The notes under the pieces: generated by a model
Database searches by the model: none
Seen by the model: the letters and a program-made list of their open reading frames with translations, nothing else
What the model was told of the DNA's origin: nothing
Position numbers and translations under genes: made by a program
Source: Pristiophorus japonicus
Taxonomy: Eukaryota
Direction of reading: 5' to 3'
Assembly: GCF_044704955.1 (NCBI RefSeq)
Contig: NC_091984.1
Coordinates: forward strand, 148,180,001-148,244,000
Length of the DNA: 64,000 nucleotides
Shown: positions 25,300 through 38,103 of the stretch, piece after piece
Layout: every line of letters begins with the position of its first letter
How positions within the stretch are numbered: the first letter of the stretch is position 1

Positions 25300-26467
25300 C
25301 TGGTCCTCCTGTAATTCGTTACCCTCTATGTCACTACCCTCCTCCAGTAACTTCTTTAACTAGTCCCTGAAGGTGTTTACTTGGACTTTCAACTGCGCGA
25401 TGTACCTGTATTAAATGCCGTAGCCACATCATTCATCAGTCCCCTTTTTTGCCTCCCCCAACCCGTCTGGCTGTTGCTTATTGGTTTGTCTGCTTCCACC
25501 TAACTTTTGTCCCCATAATTCTTCTGATAGAATTGCTTAAATATTTCTTTTAACAAACGCTTATGTAACTTTTCTGGTTCTGGCGGACACCACCGGGGTA
25601 TTTGTAACTCTGTTAAAATTTAGAATAACCGACACTACTTCATAATACACAGTATGATACAACATTTTCCCTGTTGGGATTAACACCAGCCCGTTCTTAG
25701 GCCCGGGTTTTAGGACAGGACATGGAATTTCTTGGATTGGAATCTCCAGCATTTTAGGGAGAGGTTTTAATCTGCTCGCGATCAGCTCGGTTGCATTGAC
25801 TGTTTTTGGCGGGTTCAAGGTCACACAAGAAAATAAACCCTGCGTCCAATTCATTCCTGACCCAGAATCCTGCCATTGTCATTTAAAAACAATCGCCACA
25901 CCTCCCCTGCACTTGTGGCTAGATCCAACCACACAGACATAAATCCCTTGTTCCGCCTTCCACCACTTTTCCCAACACAATTTTTCCCCTTTTCTTGTTC
26001 CTGTGCTCCGCCTGTTTGAGTTATTACCCAGTTTCTCCCATTCTGTCGATGCATTAACTTTTCCCCTGCCTGTTTTCTGTAACCACCACCACCCTCCCAT
26101 GGGGGTAATCCCTTTACATTCCAGACAAACTCGTCTCCCCTCTCTCACCCGTACATTCCTGGTCGTGATGTTTAGCCTGGGGCAGGACACTGACACCTCC
26201 CCAAGTTTACCTTCGGTTTGTCTGGAGTACTTGGTCGAATTTGACCCTAACCACCCTGGCCAGCTCCCAGTGTGAGCAGAGGTGTTTGTGCCCTTGTTAC
26301 TCCGTATGGCTCCCCCTTGAGTTACAGTGGGGCTGGTTCCTCCCATACACCCGTGTGTAAGGAATGTCTCGGTGTCTCCCCGATCTCCCAATCCTTTAAT
26401 AATAATGGCCATCCACAGGCCTATCCACAATGTCCACCTCCTCTCGTACCCTTGGCTCGATTCGCTC
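25300..26467 (-). pseudogene. env: env of element B: signal peptide, Ig-like domain, F2-like region, furin site RQKR, truncated TM
   Basis: ORFs 25879-26430 and 25561-25854, continuing to RQKR|GLMNDVATAFNTG at 25454-25405; splice acceptor at 26468; collinear with env A. Confidence 0.8.
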
Positions 26468-26655
26468 CTATAAAGACAAAAATGAAAGAAATACCTTTGC
26501 TCTGGGGGGCCTCCCCCTCACAGGTCCTCCTTCAGTTATTCACAAATGTACATAACTCCTTTTTACAATCACTGCTTCCCTCTCCTTTTATCCCAATGCT
26601 TGGGCTTACAGAGGCTCGGGGGTGGAGATGGAGGAGGTGTCCAGGGCACGCTAGG

Positions 26656-27167
26656 TCACAGTACCTGACCACTCCACCTTACTGCTCCGTCCCTTACTTC
26701 TCCATCCTCATCATCCCACAGTATTGGTGGGAGGCTTACACTGATCAAACTCATTATTGTTCCTGGGGCCTTCGCCCGCTTTTTACTTTTCTCTCCGGGG
26801 TTGTACAGCTTACACTGGTTTATATGGAACCATTTTATATGTTTTGGCAACTGGATCGTGTACACCATAGGGCTTGCCTTGTCTACAATGCTATATGGTC
26901 CTTTGTACAGTGGTTCAAATGCCCCTATTCTGGTATAATTCCTGACCATTACCTGATCCCCTACCCTCCATTCCTGTGTAACCCGGGGTTCCAGCAGCAG
27001 TTTATCCTGCTGGTGCTGCCTGCCCATATTGTGAGCTTCTTCCCAATGCAGCCCCTTCAGAGTACCATACAGATCTGACAAACCTGTCCCGTGTGACCTC
27101 TTTAACCTGCGTTTCGGTCAGGACTGGTGCTAGGATATGGGTCGAGGTCCTCATTAGTCTCCCTGTC
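26656..27167 (-). pseudogene. pol: Integrase C-terminus of element B
   Basis: TGRLMRT..VLTETQVKEVTRDRFV..WRVGDQVM..YKGPY..WFHINQCK. Confidence 0.85.
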
Positions 27168-28858
27168 CAGATGGCTGGTCCAGATCCTGACTTGTTGAGC
27201 AGAGTCCCTTCACTCTCAAAAGCATCCATTACTAACAGTAGATCTGCAGGTTGAGGCATCTCCACCTCAGGTGTGGGCAAAGGCAGACGACTCAGTGCAG
27301 CGGCACAATTCTCAGTGTCAGGTCTATGATGGATGACAAAATCATAGGCAGACAATGTCAGCGCCCACCTTTGAATGCGGGTGATGCATTGGTATTAATA
27401 CCTTTGTTTTCCGCAAACAATGAAATGAGTGGCTTGTGATCCGTTTCTAGTTTAAAACGAAGACTAAACAGGTACTGGTGCATTTTTTTAACATCATACA
27501 CACAGGCCAAAGCTTCTTTCTCTACCATACTGTAAGCCTTCTATCGCTTTAGACAGACTTCTCAAAGCATATGCAACAGGTTGTAGTTTGCCCGATTCAT
27601 TTGTTTGTTGGAGTACACTGCCAACCCCATGTGATGAAGCATCACAGACCAATACAAGAGGCTCACACAGATCATAATGAACAAGCAACTTGTTTGAACA
27701 TAGCAGATTTTTGGCTTTCTCAAAGGCTCTATCTTGAGACACACCCTAGGCCCAGTTGTCGCCTTTTCTTAGTAACACATGCAGTGGCCCGAGTAAAGTG
27801 ATCAATCTGGGTAAGAAATTGCCAAAGTAGTTGAGTAGCCCAAGGAATGAATGCAGCTCCGTCACATTTTGAGGCCTGGGTGCATTTTTGATGGCCTTGG
27901 TTTTCAAATCAGTGGGCCTAATGCTACTAGCAGTAATCTTCCTCCCGAGAAATTCGACTTCAGGTGCCATGAATACACACTTCGATCGTTTCAGCCTGAG
28001 TCCCACTTTGTCGAGATGCTGTAGGACTTCTTCAAGATTGTTCAGATGTTCAGCAGTGTCGTGACTTGTGACCAGAATGTCATCTTGAAACATGACAGCT
28101 CTAGGAATGGACTTCAGTAAACTCTCCATACTCCTCTGAAATATGGCTGCAGCCAAACGAATCCCAAAAGGACACCTGTGGTAGATGAACAGTCCTTTAT
28201 GGGTGTTCATGCAGGTGAGTTTCTTCAAAGTATTGACAAGCACCTGGGTCATATAGGCCGATGTCAGTTCCAGTTTTGTGAACGACTTTCCACCAGCTAA
28301 CATGGCGAACAGGTCATCAGCCATCGGTAATGGATACTGATCCTGTTTCAAAAACCGGTTAATTGCAACCTTGTCGTCTCCAAAAATCCTGACAGTGCCA
28401 TCACACTTCAACACAGGAACAATGGGACTAGCCCACTCGTTAAACTTGACCAGTGATATGATCCCTTCATGCTGGAGTCTGTCAAGCTCAATTTCAACCT
28501 TCTCCCTCAACGTGTATGGAACAGACCAAGCTTTGTGATAGACAGGCCTTGCATTGGAGTCCAGGTGAATCTGCACCTTGGTTCCCATAAAATTACCAAT
28601 GCCCAGTTCAAACAAAGAAGGACATTTTTTCAATACTTGAGCACATGAAGTATCATCCACCAAGGGTAACATCTTGACAACATTCCAGTTCAGCTTGATT
28701 TTCTCGAGCCAATTCCTGCCGAACAGTTGGACCATTACCTGGGGTGATCCATAATGGTAGCTCGTGTACCACAATGTCATATGACATCTCGATTGCTGCA
28801 TTGCCGAGCACCGGTATGAGTTCCTTAGTGTAAGTATGCAATCTGGCATTGACTGGAC

Positions 28859-30372
28859 TGTAAAGGTGTTCTCTATGAGGGGGTCAGGCTCCCTTCTGAC
28901 CAACTTGAGCAGTTCGAATCGCTCCCACCCCCTTGGGTTCTGTACTCTGGATTTATTTGGGGAGGGTGTCAAAAGTGCAAAGGACACTGGTTTGATGCAA
29001 AAAGAAACTTTGGTTTTATTACAGTCAAGGTTATACAAGCTTATTACTCTAGTAAGAAAATACAAGGCCAAACTTACAATCACTCTAATAAAGGACAATA
29101 CAAGGAAAAGTACAAGGTACTTATAAACAATCTAATAAAGTACCATACACTACACATTCAAAGGTGGTTGCAGTAAAATGATACCTCCCACCTCCCAATA
29201 CCTAAGCCTAGCTAGGTTGGACTCCAGGGCAGGCAGGGACTATGCTGACCAATCCTTTTGGACAGTTAACGGTAGATCACAGTTTTGGGGTTCACTGGAT
29301 GTGGTAGGTTCTGCTTGCCATACCCCGAATGACAGAGAAGACTTCTAGCTGTGCAATCTTCAGTTGGGTTGAGTCCGCTGATGCGGTAAGGTGTGTTTTG
29401 GATCTATGTGGTAAGTACCTGGTTTTCTTCATTAGAAATAGGTTTCTACAGTCTTTTAGGTAATGTTTTACCCGTTGGTAGGTCAGGATTAGATTGTAGA
29501 GTGGAAACTTTTTCAATTCTTCAGTTTTTCCTCGTTGGAGTTTTGTTCGAGTTTGGTCGATCGCGGTGGTTTTCCGTTGATACCACGTTGACTGTGGTTG
29601 GTTGCTGCCGCGATGGTGATGTTCTTCCTGCCTTCAGGACTTCAGGACTTCAAGGCTGGAGAAGTCAGTTTACAACTGTCACTTTGGTTTCTCTCTTTGT
29701 CTTGATGACAACAACTTGGTCTCGGTTGTATAGCAAAGTGTGTCATACCCTCTGTTGAAAACAGGGGCCAGTTATATGATTTCAGTGTTTCTAATCTTGG
29801 CACAAAACCTGTTTAAAATCCTTTGTGTAATTTTGGCGGGCTTGGTTCACCTTTGTAATATTTTGGTGGGCTCATTAAAAGTTGATATGTTTTGGGTGAG
29901 TTGATGTTCGAAAACTGTTTCCTGATGGAAATATTAGTTTGTTAATTGCAATGTCCTTTTGTGCTTAGTCTTTCGCATACTGGCTGGATTGAGTCTCTTT
30001 GTGATGTATATGCTGAAATGGTTGTCCAGACCCATGTTGATCGGTAGCTACTTCTGGGTGATTTTGTGACATTAATGTTTCTTGTGGGGGAAGGATTTTT
30101 GAATACTCATCCCTCCAGACAGGTTAACTTAGTCCTCACACCCAGGTAGCTCCACTTAGTTAGACTGTCTCCTGTTAGTTCTTTAGGTCCACCTACAGCC
30201 TTGAATTTGTCTTTTAAAATCCAAAATTCTATTAAAGTTCGTAGTTTCTTCAATAAGCACTTTAGGGTTCCAAACTTTCGGTAGATAGTCCCAAATTAAC
30301 TTTCCTTTCGAATGAGCCCAAACACTCGGGGGCGGGGGGGGGGGGGTTGTTGTGAATTTTGCACCTGCTACA
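28859..30372 (-). mobile_element. Solo LTR (1.5 kb, loki-like family) in the D protease
   Basis: TGTA..TACA ends; TSD ggac/agac; shares blocks with the LTR at 51687. Confidence 0.85.
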
Positions 30373-30413
30373 AGACTCAGCTTCGGTTTCATAGCCTTAG
30401 TGTCCCACAGCTT

Positions 30414-31871
30414 TGTAGAATTTACCAAAATCTCGCAAAGATTCCAGGTACCTTTCCCCTACAGAGGAGAAGAATTTCTTTCTGGGCTTTTAAAATGAGT
30501 TTAAAGGGGCAGACGAAACCTGCGGGGGATAAAAGGGAATGCATTCATGCAGACCCCCCCACCCCACCCAGTGTTTGGACTCATAGGAAAGGGAATTCAA
30601 AATGAACCTAAATTACAGAAGCTTGAGATCCCCTAAACATCTATGGGAAGGAGCATATCAATTTTAATATTCTACAACATTTTGGCTGCGAGAAAGAGTT
30701 ACCAAATACAGGAGGTGGGGCCAAATTCGTGCATTAAGGACCCCAGGCTGTTCACCCTCTAAGAGATAATCGAATTACCCAATCAAGCACAATGGAAATC
30801 ATGGTCAAGAAACTGGACAATCCTAAAACAATGCAAAACCAGTGATAGCACATTCTCACACCCTAATCGAGTTACTGCTGATAAAGGAGACATTTGAAAA
30901 TCAATGGACAGAACAGTTTAAACAGAGCCCAAGAGATTTGATGGGAGATAACGGAGCCTTTTTTTGGGGTATATATTTATCCCCCAGTTTTACAAAGAAA
31001 GTCTAGCAGAACACAGAAACTAGCAGAACACAGGAGAGAAGCAGAACACAGACTGGAACTCGCACAGACTGGAACACAAACACAAACAAGCAGCCTGCTT
31101 GCTCTACAGTGAAGAAATGGAATAGTGAAGGAAACTACCAGAACTGATCAGGAACTGACCGAGCACGAGGCCCACGAAACGGAAGGTTGTCAGCAACCAA
31201 ATTGACAACCGCTCTACAATCTACTTCTGAACGACCCAACGGGGGAGAAATTACCAAAAGGGACTAACTAAAACTATTCCTAACCAAAGAAAGTGGGTAC
31301 TTACCCCATACATCCAAAACGCAACTTACCGCATCAACGGATGCACCCCAACTGAAGACTACGCAGTCCGAAGTCCTCTCCTCCGTCCGGGGTACGGCTC
31401 GCCTAGAAGGCCAAGTGCAGCGAACCTCGAAACCGCGATTCACCAGCAACTGTCTAAAGGGATTGGTGAGCATGGCCCCTGAACCCTCAGAGCTATAACT
31501 TAGTTAGTTAGGGGAATTGGGAGTGGGGAGGCTGGGATAACTTGTGTAAATGTATCTGCGTTCTCCTCTTTACCCCATTTAGAGTTTAAGCTGTATTCTT
31601 TTCCCCACAGGCTGTAATTTGACATTTTATTCAATGTGTTGTACCCTTCAGTGTGTATTGGTCTGTGTGTGTTATTAAAGGTGTGCCTTTTACTTCTTTT
31701 TTCAACACAATAAAGTCATACCTGCTTCCTACCTTGAAACCGATTGTCTGTCCAAGTCTGTCACAGTCCCTTCATAATTCCAGTGTCGAGAACCAAGGGT
31801 GTGGGAGCGATTCGGAACCGCTCATATAAGGTCAGAAGGGATAGCTGACCCCCTGCAAACCACCCCTTACA
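30414..31871 (+). mobile_element. Solo LTR (1.46 kb, loki-like family) in the D protease
   Basis: TGTA..TTACA ends; perfect 4-bp TSD GCTT; AATAAA near 31709; shares blocks with the LTR at 51687. Confidence 0.9.
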
Positions 31872-33070
31872 GCTTGTCGAATGTCCATTGGCTCATTATC
31901 GACTGGCTCACACCCGTGTCCAGCTCCATTGATACAGGCATGCTATTCAGCTTCACGTTAATGACTATCATCTATCTCTTGCACAGAATACAGTCCATTC
32001 ACTTCCACATCAGGTTGTGTATCCGGGCCATCACTGAACTGGTCCTCATCAACCACGTAGTGAGCCGCACCACGCTTGCACCGTTGTGGACACATCCTGT
32101 GAAAATGCCCCACTTTCGAACATCCATTGCATCAGTATTGTCTAAACCGACACTGATGAGGCCAATGATTGCCCCCACAACGCCAACAGGGTAAAATCTG
32201 GTTCGAACCTGTTGCCGGTCTCTGAGCAGCAGCACATTTTGCGTAAGCAGCTCTGCCCAAAGGCGACGCCATCTTGTTTACAGTACTTGCCGTGGAACTC
32301 CCACTCTTCGATGATATCTGCCTCAGATTATCATCCGTTGTCATGCATGCCTGGGCAGTCGCGATGGCCTTTTTCAAATCCAGCGTCTCTGCAGCTAACA
32401 GCTTCCTGAGGATCACATCATGGCAGATAACTATCATGAAGACATCATGCAGCATGTCTTCCAGCAAGTTCCCAAACTTACACGGCTCAGCAAGACATCG
32501 CAGGTTGGCGACAAATCCCGACACGACCTGGCCCTCAACACGAACATGCGTGTACAAACGGTAGCGTGATATGATGATCCCCTCTTTTGGCTTCAGATGG
32601 TCACCCACCAACGTACACAATTCCTCGTACCCTTTTTCCGCCTGACGTACAGGCGAGAGAAGATTCTTCATGAGAGAAGATTTTCGGACCACAAAGGGTG
32701 AGGAGAACTGCCCTGTGCTTAACTGTGGAGGCCTCTGCCTCCATGCGGTTGGCCACAAAATACTGATCCAGGCGGTCGCCAAAATCTGCCCACTCCTCGC
32801 CCTCCACAAATCTCTCCGAAATTCCAACAGTGCCCATTGTGCATGCGAAGGTTCTTAAATTACCTCGTCGCCAATTGTAATGACTCAAGAGTCTGGTTAC
32901 TGTAAACTCATTCAGGTGCAACCTGATCCGTCTTTATTCCAGCCCAAGAGTGCCTGCGTGACAAAGACACACAGCTTATATACAGGTGACCAAGCATACC
33001 TGCCACATGTGTACAACTCTGACCGCGGCGCCCTCTGGTGTCTGGTGACCTCCAAGCATTAATAATAACA

Positions 33071-35539
33071 AACACCAAGGAATATTTATTGCATCTGCCT
33101 GAGGTGGACAGTGGCCCAATGAAATCTATCTGTATAGACTGCCATGACCCCTCTACACTCCTCGTGTGTCCCAACGGAGCCTTCCTCGGTGGGGGTGTGG
33201 ATTGTTTGTGGCACATACCAGACAATTCTGGCAATAATCCCTGACATCACTTCTAAGCCCGGGCCACCATCCCACAGCTTCTACTTTATTCCACATTGTT
33301 TCTGGCCCTGGATGTCCAGCTCCTGGACCCACATGCACCAGCTGCAAGAATTCTTCCCTGCACTGTCCTGGCACGATCCAACTATCTCCCTTGAACAACA
33401 TTCCTTGCTTTACTTCTATGTCTGCAGCTCCCAAAGGTCCCGCAACATGCTTCCCATCTATCTTGTCCCTAATCGCTGCTCTAAGGTCTGCATCCTGTAG
33501 CTGAGCCTGTTTTAAATCAGGCGACAATGGGACTTCTTTGGGCCTCTCTCTGCCTGTTACAGCCGTGATCTGTCCACAGTGATATGGGTCCCAAGGTGTC
33601 CCTTCTCCTGCCCCTGTTTTAGCCAGTGTGTCTGCTTTCTCATTCCCTTCCCACTTGGGCTCTGTCTTAGATTGTGCTTTGACCTTTTGGATGTAGTAAT
33701 CCTTCTGGTCCCAACCCGTGACGTCCAAAATGACTTTTAACAATGGAGTCAACACCAACGGATTTCCGTCAGAGGACTTAAACCCTCGCCTCGCCAATAT
33801 GGCTAAATACTCTGTACAGCAGTTAGAAATGAACATGGAGTCTGAACATATCGTATAGGGAGTTGGGAATTCGTTCGGGTGTGTGACTACATATGCTACC
33901 GCTGCTAGCTCGGTCTGCTGCATACTCAAAGTGTTGGGGATTTTATGGCTTTCTCTATCACTGCCTCTGGATTGTAAATCCCACAGCTTGTCTTTCTCTC
34001 TCTGTTTATTACTGAACTAGACCCATCTACATAGATGTCCCTACCTGTCGGGTGTTCTCCTGCTCAGAATCTCACATCTACATCTCACACTCCTTCCACT
34101 GAACACACATGAGCTGCCCCCGGATAAACCAAGTTCGGGGCTAGCTTTGGTTCTCCTGGCCTCTCGACCTTCAGGTCTAACTGAGTCAGCAACAATGTCC
34201 AGCGGGCAATCCTGTTACTGCTCACTGTCCCATCTTTCATTCTACCATCCAGTAACACTTGTGTCGTGGTGTGACAGGTCAGTAAAGTTACTGTAGCTAA
34301 CCCTGTGAGCGACCGAAAATACTTTACTGCTCAAAAAGTTGCAAATAGATGTCGTTTGCAATTTGAAAAAACTCTTTTCTACTTCGGTGAGAACTCGGGA
34401 GACGTAGGCCACCGGTCTCAGCTTGCTGTGTCGCTCCTGGAGTAACACTGCACTCAAACTGTCCCCAGTCGCTGCTACCTCCAAGTCCTGGTCCCCATTT
34501 ACTGCTCCCGATGCTGGTGCTGTCTGTAACACCGCTTTTAACCAAATGAAAGTTTCCTGACAACTCTCACTCCATTCCCACTCTACTCCTTTCCTAAGAA
34601 GCCTCAACAAAGGAGCTGCCATGGTTATATATCCCTCTATGAATTCCCTGCAGTAACCCGTTATTCCCAGGAAAGACCTTACTCCAGACACGTCCTTAGG
34701 AACAGGTAGTTCCTGGACTGTCTTTCTCTTAGCTCCATCTATGGCCCTTTCTCCTGCCCCAATGGTCAAACCTGGAAACTGCACCTCCTCTTTGCCTATT
34801 TGAGCTTTCTGGGGATTTACTTTAAAACCTGCTTCTTTCAACAAATGCAGTAATTCACTCAATAATGGCCCGTGGTCCTCCGCACTTTCGGAGAATAACA
34901 ACAGGTCGTCCACATATTGGACCAACCGATCTGGCTGACTAAAACTGTTTAATGCCTCGGCCATACTTTGGTGGAAGATCGAGGGACTGTTGTGAAACCC
35001 TTGTGGAAGACATGTCCACGTATACTGCTGACCTTTAAAGGTAAAGGTAGATTTATACTGGTCCTCCCGTCTCAGGGGAATGGACCAAAACCCATTTGAA
35101 ATGTCCAGCACTGTGAAAGTTGTTGTGGCCGCAGGGATACTCCCGATCAAATCCGCTACCACTGCTACCGTGGGCGCACAGGCTGGAATATTTTTATTCA
35201 GGATTCGGTCATCTACCGTGGCCCTCCATGAGTTATCGGGCTTCTTTACTGGCCATAGGGGTGAGTTTACATGTGTGGCTGTGGTCCTCAACACACCTTG
35301 ATCCACCAGGGAATTTATAGCAGTTTCCAAATCCCTTTCTACTTCCCGGGGAAAATTATACTGTTTCTGGGGTCGTGTCATCGAATCCCCATCTATCTTC
35401 ACCTCTACCCTAGATACTCTCCCGCAATCGTGCTTGTGAATTGCAAACGCATCCATATTCTGCCGTACATACCTTGATACTGGGCCAGAATATTATCGAC
35501 TAATCCTTCTAAATCATAACTCCTTTTCGGATTCATCAT
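33071..35539 (-). pseudogene. pol: pol of element B: RT, tether, RNase H, integrase N-terminus
   Basis: NSPLWPVKKPD, LDISNGF, LPQGFHNSP, YVDDLL; YVDGS/TELAAV/CSDS/GNEKAD; H..GHPG..CLVC; QIDFIGPL. Confidence 0.92.
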
Positions 35540-36282
35540 TGAAGGGTTCCCAAAAATTCCCATGAGTCCCTCTCCCTGAAAAGTAAAGAAAAGCTCCTCT
35601 TGCACTGTTAAAAATGAGCTTTGGATTTTTCAAGTGGAGATCTAAGTTGTAAAAGGAAAAAGGCAAAAGGGAGCCAACCTCATGGAAACCGTAGGTTGAA
35701 ATCCCCAATGAGGTCCGGGGTACAGACTACCGAACCCGGACAACTAAGGCAAACCCTGGAGTTTGGAACAGGATCAGGACAACTAAGGCAAACCCTGGAG
35801 TTTGGAACAGGATCAGGACAACTGAGGCGAACCCCGGAGTGGGAACTGTCAAAAGGGAATTGGTGAGCATGGTCCCTGAAACCCCAGAGTTCTAACCTAG
35901 CTAGATAGTGGGTCTGGGAGGTTGGGTTTTTCTTACTGTTCCTACCTGTTGATGTTCGTGTGTGTTTTCCCCTTCCAGGGTTAGTGCATAAGTATTTTGG
36001 GAGGTGAGAGGACTGTGTTCTTTTAATCTGTTATATGTGTTATGTGTTCTTCCCAAATATAGATCATTTGAGTTGCCATTTCTCCCTATTTGTACCTGAT
36101 TACTGTGATTATTAAAAACGTGCCTTTTACTCTGTTTGAACACAATAAAACCAGTTTTGCATCTTACCCAACTCTGTCTCAGTTTCTCACAACCCCCAAA
36201 TCAGTCCACAGTCTAGAATCCAGGGTGTAGGGTGCCTCGAAAACAACAAGGAGTCAGAGAAACCTGACCAAAATACCAGCCA
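35540..36282 (+). mobile_element. 5' LTR of A (about 0.95-kb internal deletion relative to the 3' LTR)
   Basis: Aligns to 51687-51836 and about 52787-53341; 39-bp internal duplication at 35738-35820; AATAAA at 36144. Confidence 0.88.
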
Positions 36283-36285
36283 TAA

Positions 36286-36302
36286 TGGCGACCACGAAGG
36301 GA
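36286..36302 (+). promoter_or_regulatory. Primer binding site, tRNA-Arg(UCG)
   Basis: TGGCGACCACGAAGGGA is complementary to the 3' end of vertebrate tRNA-Arg-TCG (..TCCCTTCGTGGTCG-CCA). Confidence 0.85.
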
Positions 36303-36356
36303 ATGTGGCAAAAGTGATGTGAGGAGACAGACTTTGGTTGTGAGAAAAGAAGTAAA

Positions 36357-38103
36357 ATAGAAGAGAGGATTGCTTCCTATGTGGTCAAAAGAGTGAATGT
36401 AACAAAGAAGTGAGTACGCGATCTGTTGCGTGCTGAGCATCCAGGGGACGCTGCAGTCCAGTGGACAGAGGGAAAAACTCACAAAAAGGCAGTGGAAAAG
36501 GCAATTTGGCTAGTATGTCTGCATAAACAGGTCCAACTCTTAGATTCCACAGTAGAGAAACTAATGGCTGAACTGAAAGAGGCAGAGGAACAGTCTAGTG
36601 CACAAACAATCATAGGGGAAAGGTTAATGAGAGAGTTACATGAGCACAACGAGGAAAGGCTTTACACAGGGAAGAAGTTCAGGAATAGTTTGGATTATGT
36701 GCAGTGTCAGGTCACCGAGGCTAAGAAAAATGAATTGATACTGCAAGAAGAGAACACTCGCCTTAATAGACAAATGAAAGAGCAGGAGGAGAGCGTCAAA
36801 GACATCCAGGCAGCCTACAGAGTAACCAGCACTAAGGGGTTTGAGTTGGGAGATCACAGCCCCTGCCAGCAGCAAATTGAAAGTTTAAACCGCGCTCTGT
36901 CCAGGGCAAGAGGCATGGTGTGCCTCATAAGTCCGGGTACGACCCGGGCAGACCTGGAAGAGGAGGAGAAAACTGTTCAGTCACCCCCTGTGGCGCCGGG
37001 GAACAACTCGGTTGGGCAGCAGGAAGGAGGGACAAGGGACAATTGCTCAGGCAGGCAGGGAGTACGGACCACCACCACCTGTGGTGCCGGGGTTTAACTC
37101 AGTTTGGCAGCAGGGAGAGAAGGGTGAGCCAGAACTGAAAGCCTGGACCAATGTGTCCGGTCCGGCAGCAAAAGTTCAGCGCGCCTGTGGGTGGAGCACC
37201 GGGGGTTCTTGAGAGCCAATTCGTGGTTCCCCACACTACCCAACAGTTGAGGGCTATGGTAAGCCACCTGAGTAAGCTTACACATAAGGGAGGCCCCTCC
37301 GTCCGCTTCATGGAAGTGGAACAGGCAGCCGAGATTAGCGGATGTGATGACTCAGAGCAGGTAAAACTGCTCCTTTTCTCCCTGGACAGCAAGCTGTACC
37401 AGTCCCTTTTGGCGGCGTGCAGAAAGGGCAGGGGTACATATGATGATGTCCGGGATGAAGTTCTGGAGACCATGGGTCTAAATGAGGGAAGTCCCTTCTC
37501 CAGAGTGGAGAGGACAGTGCAGCTTGTGGGAGATACCCCTCAGGCTTTCGCTGACAGGCTGTGGCCTGTGTATCAGCGAGCCTGCAGTATGGCTCTCGAC
37601 CGGGCAAACCTTACACCGGGCGAACGGGCACAATGGCTCCGGAGCATAGTGGCGAATAGCCTGGCCCGGATCAAAGCCAGAGCAGAGCTTTGGTTTGACC
37701 CGAGGGACCCCACGCCACCGAGGAAACAGTGATCAGGCAACTGACCATGGCATATCGGAACTGCAGGGGGGAAGAGCACCCACCCAAGGGAAAGGTACAT
37801 GAGTTAAAACCCAGTCAGGGAAAGAAAGAGTGGCACCAGGAAGGGGGTAACCCTTCCGAAACCAAGTGTAACTGCTTTGGGTGTGGGAAGAATGGGCATT
37901 GGAGGAAGGACTGTTGGAATCCCTGGAAGGACAGGGTAGGAAAGAATCCCACAGTCCCAGCCCAAAAGACCGAGCCGTCGGTCTCTACCCAAACATTTGA
38001 GACCGTGATGGCTGTACTCCGAACCGCACTAATGGGTCCGGGGAAGGTAGCCACAGCCACCGGTGCAGTGATACCATCTGCCCCATCTCACCCAGATTTA
38101 TGA
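36357..38103 (+). pseudogene. gag: gag of A (coiled-coil N-terminal region, CA-like region, CCHC knuckle)
   Basis: ORFs 36426, 37151 and 37729; heptad-rich E/K/Q segment; CFGCGKNGHWRKDC; homologous to gag C. Confidence 0.85.

Larger units (their letters stand above)
27168..33070 (-). mobile_element. Gypsy LTR retrotransposon D (5' LTR 32876-33070, PBS, gag-pro-RT-RH; 3' part deleted), inserted in the B integrase
   Basis: LTR TG..CA, PBS tggcgacgagg (tRNA-Ser GCT-like), gag CWRCGGNH..C, LDTG, RT WASPIVPVLK..PFG..FQDD, RH CDAS. Confidence 0.9.

Noticed and set aside
33024-33041. CTCF-like motif caccagagggcgccgc
   Set aside because: Lies inside a Gypsy LTR with no independent conservation evidence.
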